Below, one piece after another: positions 11,745-23,033 of a stretch of DNA of 64,000 bases (within the stretch, counting starts at the first letter, position 1; every line of letters begins with the position of its first letter). This stretch comes from an uncultured Planctomycetota bacterium (GTDB taxonomy: Bacteria > Planctomycetota > Planctomycetia > Isosphaerales > Isosphaeraceae): the NCBI GenBank assembly GCA_963737655.1, contig CAVTTN010000002.1:2624001-2688000 (forward strand), written 5' to 3'. A program made the translations under genes and the position numbers. The notes beneath the pieces are model-generated. The model was not told where the DNA came from. It made no database searches and saw only the letters and a program-made list of their open reading frames with translations.

Positions 11745-12804
11745 CCGCACTTTCCGCGACTTCAAGCATCTGAGCCGCTGAGAAGCGGCACGCAGACGAG
11801 GGCCGGCCCGACCGGGACGATGGCGGTTACCACGCCAGCCGATCATCCCAGGCGGAGCCGGCCCCCGATGATATCCTCGCATCCGCTCGCCGCCCCGTGC
11901 CAGTGGTTCGCGCGATTGGCCGGGGCCCTCGATCGCCGATCCGCGCCCCGGCTCGCCCTCCTGTTCCTCGGCGCCGTCCTGGCCCGGGGGCGGCGGACCG
12001 TCACCAGCTGGATCAGGGCGGCGAGGCTCGGCCCCCAGTTCCGCCCCTGCTACACGGCCGTCGCGGCGGCCGGCAAGAAGGCCGACGCCGTCGCCGCTCG
12101 CCTGGCCCTCGCGGTCGTCGGGCCGCTGGTCGCCGATGCCTCGCGGCTGACCCTCGCCCTGGACGACACCCCGACCCCGCGCCACGGGCCGCACGTCCGG
12201 GGGCCGGCGTCCACCACAACCCCACCCCCGGGCCGGCTGGGTCGCCGTACCTCTACGGCCATGTCTTCGTCGTCCTGGGGCTCCTCGTCGCCCACCCGGC
12301 CTGGGGCGCGATCGCCCTGCCACTGCTGGCCCGGATGCATGTCCGCAAGGTGGACCTCGCCGGCATCGACCCGAGGCACCGGCCCGCGTTCCGGACCAAG
12401 TTGGAGCTGGCCGTCGAGCTGCCGCGATGGGCGAGGGCGTGGCTCGGGCCGCTCGGCAAGCCATTCTGGGTGGTCGCCGACGGGGCCTATGCCAAGGCGA
12501 GCTTCCTCAAGCCGGCGATCGGCCTGGGGATGACGGTCGTCAGCCGGCTCCGCAAGGACGCCGCGTTGCGGACGGTGCCCGGCCCGCGACCGCCGGGGCG
12601 TCGCGGCCGCCCTCGGAAGTACGGCGAGGGCGTCATCGACCTGGCCAAGCGGGGCGGCCAGCGGCGGGGCTGGCGTCGCGAATTGCTGGGCGAGGAGATT
12701 GGTGCGACTCTACGCCCGGGGGCGACCGAGGCGGAAATTCAGGCCACAGCTGAGAGGCTGCTCAGCCTGGCTGCATGACATGCATGGTCCCTCGGAAAGT
12801 GCAG
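11745..12804 (+). mobile_element. IS701-like element, internally deleted and frameshifted transposase (ORF pieces ~11868-12778)
   Basis: 12-bp terminal IRs CCGCACTTTCCG (11745-11756) and CGGAAAGTGCAG (12793-12804), 1 mismatch. DDE pieces LALDDTPT, RTKLELAVEL, VADGAYAK, VSRLRKDAAL. No target duplication found. Confidence 0.85.
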
Positions 12805-12813
12805 GACCCGGCC

Positions 12814-13529
12814 ATGGGGCCCAAATCTCCGACCCACGCACGCAACGGTCGCGGGCCGGCCGGATCGCTGGCGGCATTCGCCTGCCCCGACCCCGACTGC
12901 CCGCTGTTCAACCGCTTCGACGCCGGCAACCTCTCGGTCGTCGAGTACACAGGCAAGCACAAGGACATCCGCCGCCTGTACTGCTCGGCCTGCAAGCGCC
13001 GGTTCAGCGAGCGGCAGGGGACGCTCCTGCGGTACTCGAAGCTCCCCGAGGAGGCCGTCGTCCGCATCGTCAAGTGCCTGGGGCACGGCTGCTCGGTCGA
13101 GGCGACCGCCGACATCTGCGACGTCGACCCCTGCACCGTCGGCCGCATCCTCGAGCAGGCCGGCCGCCGCGCCGAGGACTTCCACAGGCTCCAGCTCGAC
13201 CGACTGGAAGCGGCCCCCGAGGCGGTCCAGCTCGACGAGCCGCACGGCCGGGTCAGCCCCGAGCCGGCGAAAGAGGGGGCGCCGATCGGCTCCTCGCCGC
13301 GAACCGACCGAGGCCGGGGACGCGGCGGGGTGGCCGCCGCGGCCACCCATCCCGACCGGGTCCTCCTGACGAGGAGCCTCGGGGTCGTCCCTCTACTCGA
13401 CGAACGCCGAGCCCAGGAGGTCCCTGGCCGACCCTCTCGGCCGGCGGGCCCGAGGCCGACCGCGTACAGAAGTACCGGGACATCCATCCACGGCGTGGAC
13501 GCGGCGTCCACGTCTACCGGATGACTACC
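12814..13529 (+). mobile_element. IS1-like transposase remnant (Zn-finger plus HTH), degenerate, possibly with a further IS fragment at ~13350-13477
   Basis: CPDPDC...YCSACKRRFSERQGT zinc ribbon, then HTH (GCSVEATADICDVDPCTVGR) and QLDE. Ends in ...GGATGACTACC (rc GGTAGTCATCC), an IS1-like end. Confidence 0.65.
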
Positions 13530-13662
13530 GGATCAGCCGGCCGGATACCGCGATTCCCCGCGTTTTCTTGAGCCGGTAGGCGAGGGCTTGCAAGAAATCG
13601 TCCCGGGCGTAAAATGAGGCCGGGCTGGGACTTCTATCGGCTTTCCCCCGGCCCCGTGGGTC

Positions 13663-13706
13663 GCCTCCGAAGCTGAAGGTTACAGGTTCAAGTCCTGTCG
13701 GGCATA
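13663..13706 (+). pseudogene. 3' half of tRNA-Arg(CCG), probable att-site remnant
   Basis: GC-CTCCGAA-GCTGA anticodon arm (3' side), T-arm ACAGG-TTCAAGT-CCTGT and acceptor 3' strand CGGGCAT-A. No D-arm or fully matching 5' acceptor strand upstream. Confidence 0.8.
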
Positions 13707-13715
13707 CTGCGACGC

Positions 13716-13745
13716 AAACCCCTGGGAGACCGGGGGTTTCTTTTT
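13716..13745 (+). terminator. Rho-independent terminator after the tRNA fragment
   Basis: AAACCCCTGG-GAGA-CCGGGGGTTT stem-loop followed by CTTTTT. Confidence 0.7.
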
Positions 13746-14057
13746 GCGCCGAGGGGCCAAACCGTAACCCTTCGGAGTGCCTCCGTCGTTCTACGAAGTC
13801 GTTTTACGGTCCGCAGATGGCTCGAATCGAGCCTCTTGTCGGACCGAATGGTTGGCTTATTTGAAAAATGAAAAAAGAACGTTATATTTGACGCGCGATC
13901 CGTGGGAAGGCGCGGACTCCGAACCCCTTCGTCGCGGAAGGGCGGCCCGGCGTCGGGTGGCCGTGCGGTTCGTCCCCGGACCTCCTCGGCCCGTCCGTCT
14001 TCCGGCGCCGGCCTGCCGAAGACGGATTGTCCTCCTCCCCAACGGAGCCCATCGGGC

Positions 14058-17000
14058 ATGCGGCACGCAAGGAGAGGACGACGGCGAGCCGACCTCGGCC
14101 GGTCCCTGGCCGCCTCTTCCTCCGACCCGATGGGCCCCGGCCTGGCCGGGGCGTCCGTGCCCCTGGGCGAGGCTTTGGAAGAGAGGCTCTTGCTCAGCGG
14201 GCCCGACGGCGGTGCCCCCGGGACGACGTTCACCGTCACCACGACGGCCGATTCCGGGCCCGGCTCGCTCCGCCAGGCGATCCTCGACGCCGACGGCAAC
14301 CCCGGGCTCGATCGGATCGCCTTCGCGATCGGGACCGGCCCGCAGACCATCCGGCCGTCATCCCCATTGCCGGTGATCGTGGATCCGGTCCTCCTGGACG
14401 CCCGGACCCAGCCGGGTTTCTCGGGATCGCCCTCGATCGAGATCCGGGGAGACGCCGCCGGGTCGGGGGCCGACGGGCTCCAGGTCCGATCGGGTGGGAG
14501 CGCCGTCCTGGGGATCTCGATCGACGGTTTCGACGGGGCGGGCATCGAGCTCGACGCCGGGGGCCAGGACCTCATCCAGGGGGACCGGATCGGGCAGGAC
14601 CCCGAGTTCTCCGGGTCCGTGGGGAACCGCGAGGGGCTCCTGGTCGTCGGATCGGCCGGGAACACGATCGGAGGGGCCGGGGGGACGTTGACCGACGTGA
14701 TCTCGGGCAACCGGGGGGACGGCGTCCACCTCGTCGGCCCGCTGAGCTCGGGGAATTGGATCGGCGGCGACTTCATCGGGGTCGATCCGACCGGGGCGAA
14801 CTACGACGGCAATTTCAGCAGCGGGGTGTTCCTGGACGGGGCCGGCGGCAACACGATCTCGGGCGTCCTGCCGGTCCAGGGCGCCACCCCGGGCGTGGCG
14901 ACCCCGGGCGAGACGGTGATCTCGGGCAACCTGAACGACGGGGTCCGGATCGCCGGGGCCTCGGCGGCGAGCAACGTGATCTCGGGGGCCCTGATCGGGC
15001 TGAACGCGGGGGGGACGGCCCCGATCAGCAACGGCTTCTCGGGCGTGGCGATCCTCGACGCGCCGGGGACGATCGTCGGCGGGCCGTCCGGGGCGAGCGG
15101 GGACGTGATCTCCGGCAACGGGCTGATCTACCTCAACTCCGCCTCCGACCCGATGTCGGCCTCGGGCGTCCTGGTCTCCGGCGCCGGCTCCTCGGGCACC
15201 CGGATCCAGAGCGACCGGATCGGCACCACGGCCGACGGCCGGCTCGACGCCGGGAACCTCGGCGACGGCGTCCGGATCGAAGGGGCGGGGAGCGTCACGG
15301 TCCGGGGGGACGTGATCTCGGCCAACGGGTTGGCGACCGTCGGCCAGACGGCCGGGGTCCACGTCCTGGGCGCCGGGGCGACCGGGAACCTGATCGCCGG
15401 GGACCTCATCGGGACGGACTTCGCCGGCATCGACGCCCTGGGGAACAAGCAGGACGGCGTCCTGATCGAGCTCGGGGCCTCGGGCAATACCGTCGGCGGA
15501 ATCACGGAGGCGGACCGCGACGTGATCTCGGGGAACGACCAGCCGGTCTCCGCGATCCTCTCGACCGGGCCGTTCGGCTATGCCTCGGCGGGCGTCCACC
15601 TGGCGCTCGGCGCGGCCGGGAACCTCGTCGTCGGCAACTTCATCGGCCTGGACGTCGGGGGGATCGAGGCCGTCGCCAACCGTCAAGACGGGGTCCTGAT
15701 CAGCTCGGGCGCCTCGGGCAACACGATCGGCGGCACCCACGTCGGGGCGGGCGACGCGATCTCGGGCAACGCCTTCAATGGCGTCCAGGTCGTCGATTCG
15801 ACGTCCTCCGGGAACGTGATCCTCGGCGACCGGATCGGCACCGATCCCTCCGGCGAGTTCTCGGCGAGGGCCACCGGCAACCTCGGCAACGGCAACGAGG
15901 GGGTCTGGATCGTCGACGCCCCGGGCACGACCATCGGCGGCCCGGGCTCCGGCGCGGCCGACGTGATCTCGGGCAACGGAGGCGCCGGCGTCCTGATCGG
16001 CGACCCCTCCGACCGGCCGCCCACCTCGGACGCCTCCGGGGCGGTGATCCAGGGGAACCTCATCGGCGTGGACGTCCTTTCCGCGAATCGCTTGCCGAAT
16101 GCCCTGGGCGGCGTCTACATCGCGAACCTCCAGGGCGATGCCTCGGCCCCCTCGGTCCAGGTCTTCCAGGACGTGATCTCGGGCAACAACGGCGACGGCG
16201 TCTTCGTCTCGGATTCGTCCGGCGTCCTGTTCCTGGGCGACCGGGTCGGGACCGACTCGAGCGGGACCGTCCCCCTCCAGAACGCGGGCTACGGGGTGAT
16301 CCTCGACGAGTCCTCGGCCGTGACTCTCGGCGGGACGGCCGCCGGGGACGCCAACGTGCTCTCGGCGAACCTCCTGGCCGGGGTCGCCCTGGTCGGCTCC
16401 TCCGGGAACCGGATCCAGGGCAACTTCATCGGGACCGACCCGGCCGGGGCCCTGGACCTCGGCAACCACGACGACGGCGTGATCCTCTCGCTCGGGTCGG
16501 ACGACAACACCCTCGGCGGCGACGCCCCGGGGGCCGGCAACGTGATCGTGGCGAACGTCGGCTCGGGGGTCCTGATCCAGGGGGCCGACGACGACCTCGT
16601 CGCCGGCAACTTCCTCGGGACCCGGGACCTCGGGAACCACGTCGATGGCGTCAACATCATCGACTCCGCCGGGATCGCCGTCTCGTCCGGCAACGTGATC
16701 GTCGCCAACGGGGCCAACGGCGTGGAGATCGTCGGCTTCTCGGCGAGAAACCTCGTCCAGGGCGATCGGATCGGCATCGATCTCGACGACCGGCAGGACG
16801 CCAACGGCGGCGACGGCGTGAAGGTCGTCGGGACGTCGGGCAACACGATCGGCGGGACGTCCCCGGCGACGGGATCGCCCTCGGGCAACCTGATCTCGGG
16901 CAACGGGTCGTCGGGCGTCCACCTGATGTCCGGCGCCTCGGCCAACCTCGTCGCGACGAACTTCCTCGGGCTGGACAGCTCCGGGGCGATCGCGGTCCCG

Positions 17001-19753
17001 AACCGGCAGACCGGCGTCGAGATCGACGATTCGGGCGGGAACACGATCGGGGGGTCGTCGGCGGGGTCGCGGAACGTGATCTCGGGCAACCGCGGGGCCG
17101 GCGTCCTGACCTCCGGGTCGCCCAAGGACGGGCCCGGCAACCTGATCGCCGGCAATTTCCTCGGGACCGACGCCTCGGGGCCCGCCCCCTCGGCAACGGC
17201 CTGGACGGCGTCCAGATCGTCGATTCTCCGGGCAATACCGTCGGCGGGGCCTCGGCCGGGCTCCGCAACGTGATCTCGGGCAACCGCGAGGGCGGGATCC
17301 GACTCTCGGGCCCGGACTCGACCCGAAACGTCCTGGCCGGGAACTTCATCGGGACCGACGAGACGGGCGAGGCCGGCATCGACGACCTCGGCCGGTCGAT
17401 GGGCAACGGCCTCGACGGCATCCTCCTGACGTCCGCCGGCGGGAACCTCATCGGAGGCCCCTCGGCCGACTCGCGGAACCTGATCGACGACAACCTCGCC
17501 GACGGCGTGGCGATCCTGGGCCTCTCCGAGGCCAACGTCCTGTCGGGCAACTGGATCGGCCTGGACGCCCTGGGGATCGCGCCTCTGGGGAACCTGGGCG
17601 ACGGCGTGTTCGTCAACGGGTCGGGGTTCAACCAGATCGGCTCCGGGACGCTCGGGAACGTGATCTCCGGGAACCTCGGTAATGGCGTTCGGATCACGGA
17701 CAACACGATCCCCGGGACGTCCCCCCTGCTCCAGGGTTTCAACGAGGTCCAGGGGAACTTCCTCGGGACCACCGCCTTCGGGGGGCCGGCGACGGTCTCC
17801 GGCCTCGCCGTCCCCGCGGCCGTCCCCAACGGGCTCGACGGCATCCTGATCGACAACGCCCTGGGCGACCTGATCGGAGGCCCCGGGGGCGGAGACCTCG
17901 GCCAGAGCCGCTCCCCCCTGGGCAACGTGATCTCCGGGAACGCCCAGAACGGAATCCACGTCCGGAACTCGGTCCCCGGGGGCGACCAGAGCCGGAGGGT
18001 CGTCATCCAGGGCAACGACGTCGGCCTGGACGCCTCGGGCACCTCTCCCGTCCCCAACGGCGTCGATGGCATCTTCCTCGACAACTCCGGGTCGGTCGAG
18101 GTCGCCGACAACCTCGTCTCGGCCAACCGCCAGAACGGCGTGGACGTCCTCTCCGGGCCTCTCGGCGCCCCCGATGCGTCCCACACGATCCTCCACAACC
18201 GGATCGGGACGGACTTCCTCGGGACGGCCCCCCTCGGCAATGGCGCGGCCGGGGTGTTCATCAATAACTCGTCAGACAACGTCATCGGAGGGATCAATCC
18301 GACGACGAACACCACGCCATCGCTCGGCAACGTGATCTCGGCGAACCTCGGGGCCGGGATCGTCCTCGAGGGCGACCTCTCGACGGGCGACCTGGTCCTC
18401 GGCAACTTCCTCGGGACGGACGCCTCGGGGACCGCGGCGCTGGGCAATCCCATCGGCGTCTACCTCCTGCATTCGAGCGGCAACACCATCGGATCGGCCC
18501 AGGCCGGGGCCGGGAACGTGATCTCGGGCAATCTCGCCGAAGGGGTCCGGGTCGAGGGCGGCGATTCCCTCTCGAACCTGGTCGTGGGCAACCGGATCGG
18601 GACCGACCCGGCGGGATCGCTCGCCGTGGGCAACCTCACCGGGGTGGCGGTCGTGGGCGCGGCCGGGACCACGATCGGCGGCCTCTCGGCGGGGTCGGGC
18701 AACGTGATCTCGGGGAACTCGGCGGCCGGGATCTCGATCCAGGCGGGAGCCGCGGAGACGATCGTCGAGGGAAACGTCCTCGGGCTCGGCGCGTCGGGCG
18801 AATCCCTTTTGGTCGGCCCCGATGGCCGGCCCGTCGTCGCGGACTCGGCCCGGCAGCAGGCCGGGGTCGTCGTCGATTCCTCCCCGGGCACGGTCCTCGG
18901 AGGGCCGTCGCCGTCGGCCCGGAACGTGATCTCGGGGAACCGCGTGGGGGTGGTCCTGGAAAGCCTGAACCCCTTCGCCCCGGGCCAGCCCGCCGGAGCC
19001 CTCGGGACGATCGTCCAGGGGAACTTCATCGGCCCGGGGGCCTCGGGAGCGGCCGGGACCTCCGTCGGCAACCGGTTCGGCGTCTACATCGACGGATCGA
19101 CGTTCAACCTGATCGGCGGGACCGCTCACGGCGAGGGCAACGTGATCTCGGGGAACTCGGCGGCGGGCATCGAACTCTTCGGCAACCTCGCCGCCGGGAA
19201 CCTGGTGGAGGGGAACTCGATCGGCACCGACGCGGCCGGGTCCGGGTCCCTGCCCAACGGCTCGGGCGTGTACATCGAGGGCGCCCGCCCCTTCGGCTTC
19301 GTCGATCCGACGAACCCCCAGGCGAGGCCCACTGTCCTGGGCAACACCATCGGCGGGAAGGCCGCCGGCGCCGGCAACCTGATCGCCCACAACGCCGCGG
19401 GCGTGTACCTGTTCGGAGGGGCGGCGGGCAACTCCGTCGTCGGCAACCGCATCCTCGACAACACGTCCTATGGCATCCTGCTGTTCAACTCGGCGGGGAA
19501 CTCCGACGACGCGAGCGCGAAGGGCAATACGGTCCGAGGCAACACCCTGGCCGATTTCCGCGAATACACCGGGCCGACGACCCCCCGGACCGACCCCTCC
19601 GCGGCTCCGCCGAGCCAGCCCATCCGCAGGGGGCGGGCCCATCGAGCCGCCCCGGGGTCGAAGGCGTCGCGACCGGCCCGCCATCGCCGGGCGTCGGCCG
19701 CCGTCGAGGTCGGCTCGCCCGTCCCCGGCGGCCCCCTGCGACGGGGCCTCTGA
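14058..19753 (+). CDS. Large secreted right-handed parallel beta-helix repeat protein (~1900 aa) with planctomycete LEPR-XLL-type motif; one frameshift near 17180
   Basis: EALEERLLLS, FTVTTTADSGPGSLRQAI, and many GNTIGG..GNVISGN..GV / GNFIGTD repeats that continue across ORFs 13902..17273 and 14027..19753. The frame switch is at a G run. Confidence 0.85.
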
Positions 19754-19765
19754 GGCTCAACCGCC

Positions 19766-21229
19766 TCAACCGCCGAGGAACGGCGTGGCCGTCTGCGACC
19801 GCCTCGGCGCCCCGAACCGGAAGTTCAGGAGGGCGATCGCCTCGACGCCGAACGGCCGGGGGTCGGTGACCGGCGCGGCCACCCCGAAGGTCAAGACGCC
19901 CCGCGACCGGATCTCGAAGTTCACGCCCGACGTCAGGTTCACCACGTCGGGCGTGGCGCCCTTGTCGAAGAGGCTGTAGGCGTCGCGGTGGTTGATCGGG
20001 GTCGTCACGTGGACCTCGAACGTGGGGACCACGGCGGTCAGCCACCGGCCCGGCGAACGGTCCTGGTAGAGGAAGTAGCCGAGCGCGGCATCGCTGTAGA
20101 TGATCGTCGGCAGGTTGTAGTTCTGGGGGACGTCGATCGCCTCGAACCCCTGGAGGAACAGCTTCCCGAAGGTCAGGTAGTAGCCGAAGAACGGCTGGAC
20201 GGTCGTGGTGTGGTAGGCCCGCGGCGTCTGCCGGAGGAACGGGGCCCCGGCGAACGTGGCCGGGCCGGTCGGCGGAGTCACGGCGAGCCCGACCGAGGCG
20301 AGGTTGTTCCGCCGGGGGTCGTAGGCGATCACGTACTTCAGGTACGGAGTGAGGTCTCCCAGGGCCGTCGAGGTCCCGCCCTGGCTCCGGAGCTGACCGG
20401 CCCGAGCCTCCGCCGAGGCCGTGTTCAGGGGGAGCCGGAGGCCGATCGACCCGTTCCCCTGGGCGAACGTCTTCTCGACCCCGAAGACGCTCCGATCCAC
20501 GCGGAGGTGATCGTAGGGCGTCTCGAACACCCGGTTCAAATGCTCGTTCACGTCGCTGAAATAGTTGAACGAATAATAGATGCGATCCTGGGGGAAAGGC
20601 GATTGGTTGTCGGCGATCTTGAACCCGCGGACCGTCGGGTTCAGGAGCGATCGGGAGTTCGGATTCGGCAGCCGGGGCGGGGAATTGGGCGGGAACGGCT
20701 GGGGGAGCACGGGCCCGCCCGGGACCGTCGCCAGTTGATGGATCGAGAACGGCCCCATGTCCCCGATCATGGGGAAGTAGCCGCCCCCGCCCCCGCTCAC
20801 GACACCCCCGAGGCCCGACGACGGCGAGGCCACCGCGCCTGCCCCGCCGAACGGATCGGCGCCCAATGCACCGTCCGAGACGGCCCCGCCCGGCCCGAGG
20901 CCCGGCGGTGCGATCGAGGACCGGCCGCCCTCCCCTCCGGGAACGGCCGACGAGGCGGCTCCCCCGTCGCCGGTCGAGCCCCCGATCTCCTCGGATCGAC
21001 CACGATCATTTCCCGGGCGGGTCCGGGGGACGTTCGACTGCGACGACGGCCGAGGCGCGGAATCCGTCCTCGACGGTGACGATCCTTGGGCCGCCCCGAC
21101 CGGGCCCGGCCCGGCGTCCCCAGGCTCCTGCGCGAACAGAGGGGCCGCGATCGCCAACCGCAGGCAAACGAGCATCCCGAACCTGCCCGCAAGACCGACC
21201 GCTTTCCTTCGTCGCATGGCGGGTCGCAC
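19766..21229 (-). CDS. Planctomycete conserved hypothetical protein, putative outer-membrane beta-barrel with signal peptide
   Basis: Signal-like N-terminus, low-complexity linker, FKIADNQSPFPQDRIYYSFNYF motif, alternating aromatic beta-strand pattern, ...LLNFRF near the C-terminus. Confidence 0.6.
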   Translation of the reverse strand: MRPAMRRRKAVGLAGRFGMLVCLRLAIAAPLFAQEPGDAGPGPVGAAQGSSPSRTDSAPRPSSQSNVPRTRPGNDRGRSEEIGGSTGDGGAASSAVPGGEGGRSSIAPPGLGPGGAVSDGALGADPFGGAGAVASPSSGLGGVVSGGGGGYFPMIGDMGPFSIHQLATVPGGPVLPQPFPPNSPPRLPNPNSRSLLNPTVRGFKIADNQSPFPQDRIYYSFNYFSDVNEHLNRVFETPYDHLRVDRSVFGVEKTFAQGNGSIGLRLPLNTASAEARAGQLRSQGGTSTALGDLTPYLKYVIAYDPRRNNLASVGLAVTPPTGPATFAGAPFLRQTPRAYHTTTVQPFFGYYLTFGKLFLQGFEAIDVPQNYNLPTIIYSDAALGYFLYQDRSPGRWLTAVVPTFEVHVTTPINHRDAYSLFDKGATPDVVNLTSGVNFEIRSRGVLTFGVAAPVTDPRPFGVEAIALLNFRFGAPRRSQTATPFLGG

Positions 21230-22284
21230 CTCGGTGGTCCTCGACGCGGGCTGGCTCGGGACGATGAACGAGTTCCCCGAGGGCCGGGACCGGCAGGCCG
21301 CCGGATCGGGGCGATGGGAGGCCCATCCCCCCGGACGTCGTTCGTGCCGACCGAAACGATCGTGTCGAATCTATCGGTTGCGGCGAGCGGAGAAGATGAG
21401 GCGATTCTACGCTCTGGGACGACGGCATCCGACCCGGGGCGCGATCCGCACGCAGGGCGGATACGCTCCTCGCCGGCCGGAGACGTGGCGGTGGAGTCCC
21501 GGGTCCGGAAAATTCAACGTCGGCGGAGTCATGAAATGATATGATATTATTTTTATATTGTTCGAATCCTAATTCAAATAATCGAGAATTTCCAAGAAGT
21601 TGACTACACTTTTCCCCGAAAAACGCGCCGGACCCAGGAAAAACCGCCATTTCCGGCGCGCAACGACTCGTGCCACAGGAAAAAACATCATAATTTAATC
21701 TGTCTAAATCTGCAGCCCATCGTTATGCTGGCGCGGGACTTCCGCCGCGGTCGAAATTTGCCGCGATCGGTCCCCGGGGGCCGAAAAAGTGTCCGGAGGC
21801 CCGCACGCTTCGGCCGCCTCGGACCGGGCCGAGGGGGATCGATCGCGGGCCGTCGAAGAGCGGGGCGTCCGCGGATCGCCTCGCGAAGAAATCGCATGAT
21901 CGCCGGCCCGGCCGGACGCGATCCTATCCCTCGTCGGGCGAAGAACCGAGGGGCCGGCGCGGGTCCTCGGGGCGTGATTGGCCCGAGAGATCGGGGGGAT
22001 TGACGATGCGTGACATGACTTGGCGTGTCAAACTCGGTGCCACGAATCCGGCGGATGTGGCGTCAAAGCCCCCCCAGACGGCGAGTTTTCCGGGAAAATC
22101 GGCGATCGACCCCCGAAAAACTCGGGAAAATCGCGCCTTCTCGGTGGAAAACGGCGATTTTTCCTGTATCTTTAGCGCATTCTCGTCGATCACGTTCCGG
22201 CAGGAGCCGCCGGTCTGGCCCTCAAGGGGAGGGCCCGGCCGGGAGGACCGTCGAGGACCGAGGACGAGGAGGACCGAACGACCC

Positions 22285-22680
22285 ATGGCCAAGAAAGCCG
22301 CGCCGAAGGCCGCCGAACCGAAGGCGGCGCCCGCCCCCACCCCGAAGCCGGCCGAGGGTGGCGACAAGTCCTCCCGGGCCAAGTCGGCCACCAAGGCCGA
22401 GGTCTACACCCAGCTTGCCGAGAAGACGAATCTCAGCAAGAAGGACATCGCCACGGTCTTCTCCGCCATGAGCGAGCTGATCTCCAAGGAGCTGGGCAAG
22501 AAGGGCCCCGGACTCTTCGTGATCCCCGGCCTGGTCAAGCTCAAGGTCGTCCGCAAGCCGGCGACGAAGGCCAAGCAGTCGATCAACCCGTTCACCAAGG
22601 AGCCGATGACGATCAAGGCCAAGCCGGCCCGCAACGTCGTCAAGGCCACCCCGCTGAAGGGCCTGAAAGACTTCGTCTGA
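22285..22680 (+). CDS. HU family DNA-binding protein with Lys/Ala/Pro-rich N-terminal extension
   Basis: TKAEVYTQLAEKTNLSKKD..FVIPGLVKL..INPFTKEPMTIKAKPARNVVK; RBS GAGGAGG upstream. Confidence 0.9.
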   Translation: MAKKAAPKAAEPKAAPAPTPKPAEGGDKSSRAKSATKAEVYTQLAEKTNLSKKDIATVFSAMSELISKELGKKGPGLFVIPGLVKLKVVRKPATKAKQSINPFTKEPMTIKAKPARNVVKATPLKGLKDFV

Positions 22681-22875
22681 TCCCGGGCCGATCGCCACGG
22701 ACGCCTCGCCGGCCTCGCCCTCCTGACTGGGGCCCCGGCCGGGCGTCTGTCGCCTTTTCCCGATTTCCGCGACGACGCCCGATCGACGGACGCGACGCAA
22801 CCCGGCATAATGGGACGAGGAGGCGTCCGGGCCAGGCTCTCCCCGGCGGCTCGCCCCCCGCCCGCGGCGACGGGG

Positions 22876-22960
22876 GCCGGCGTGGCGGAATGGCAGACGC
22901 TGGGGACTTAAAATCCTCTGGGGGGAAACCCCCGTGTGGGTTCGACTCCCACCGCCGGCA
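22876..22960 (+). tRNA. tRNA-Leu (anticodon TAA), long variable arm, CCA not encoded
   Basis: Acceptor GCCGGCG/CGCCGGC, D-loop GGCGGAATGGCAGACGC, anticodon arm GGGGA-CTTAAAA-TCCTC, T-arm GTGGG-TTCGACT-CCCAC. Confidence 0.95.
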
Positions 22961-23033
22961 GTCCCCGGACCGGACCCGTTCGTCTCGACTCGACTCGACT
23001 CGCCCCGGGACCGAAGGGCTCCCCTCGGCCCGA

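Noticed and set aside
5414..11781. Long ORFs with repeating LLKARRLRRRGH / CSKPEGFVVGVT / VTPTTKPSGFEQ peptides
   Set aside because: These are translations of the CRISPR repeat, not genes.
1..13745. CRISPR-associated transposon (type I-B CAST) near a tRNA
   Set aside because: No tns/tniQ genes in the window. A full cas4-cas1/cas2 module and a long array fit a canonical system.
17160..17200. Programmed frameshifting or pseudogenisation of the beta-helix gene, and likewise argC, the 40.2-kb gene and the 59.5-kb gene
   Set aside because: Single indels in G/C runs across unrelated genes, including housekeeping argC, are best explained by sequencing error.
22984..23002. (CTCGA)n microrepeat after tRNA-Leu
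   Set aside because: Only 3-4 copies of a 5-mer, and no tRNA 3' duplication or integrase nearby.
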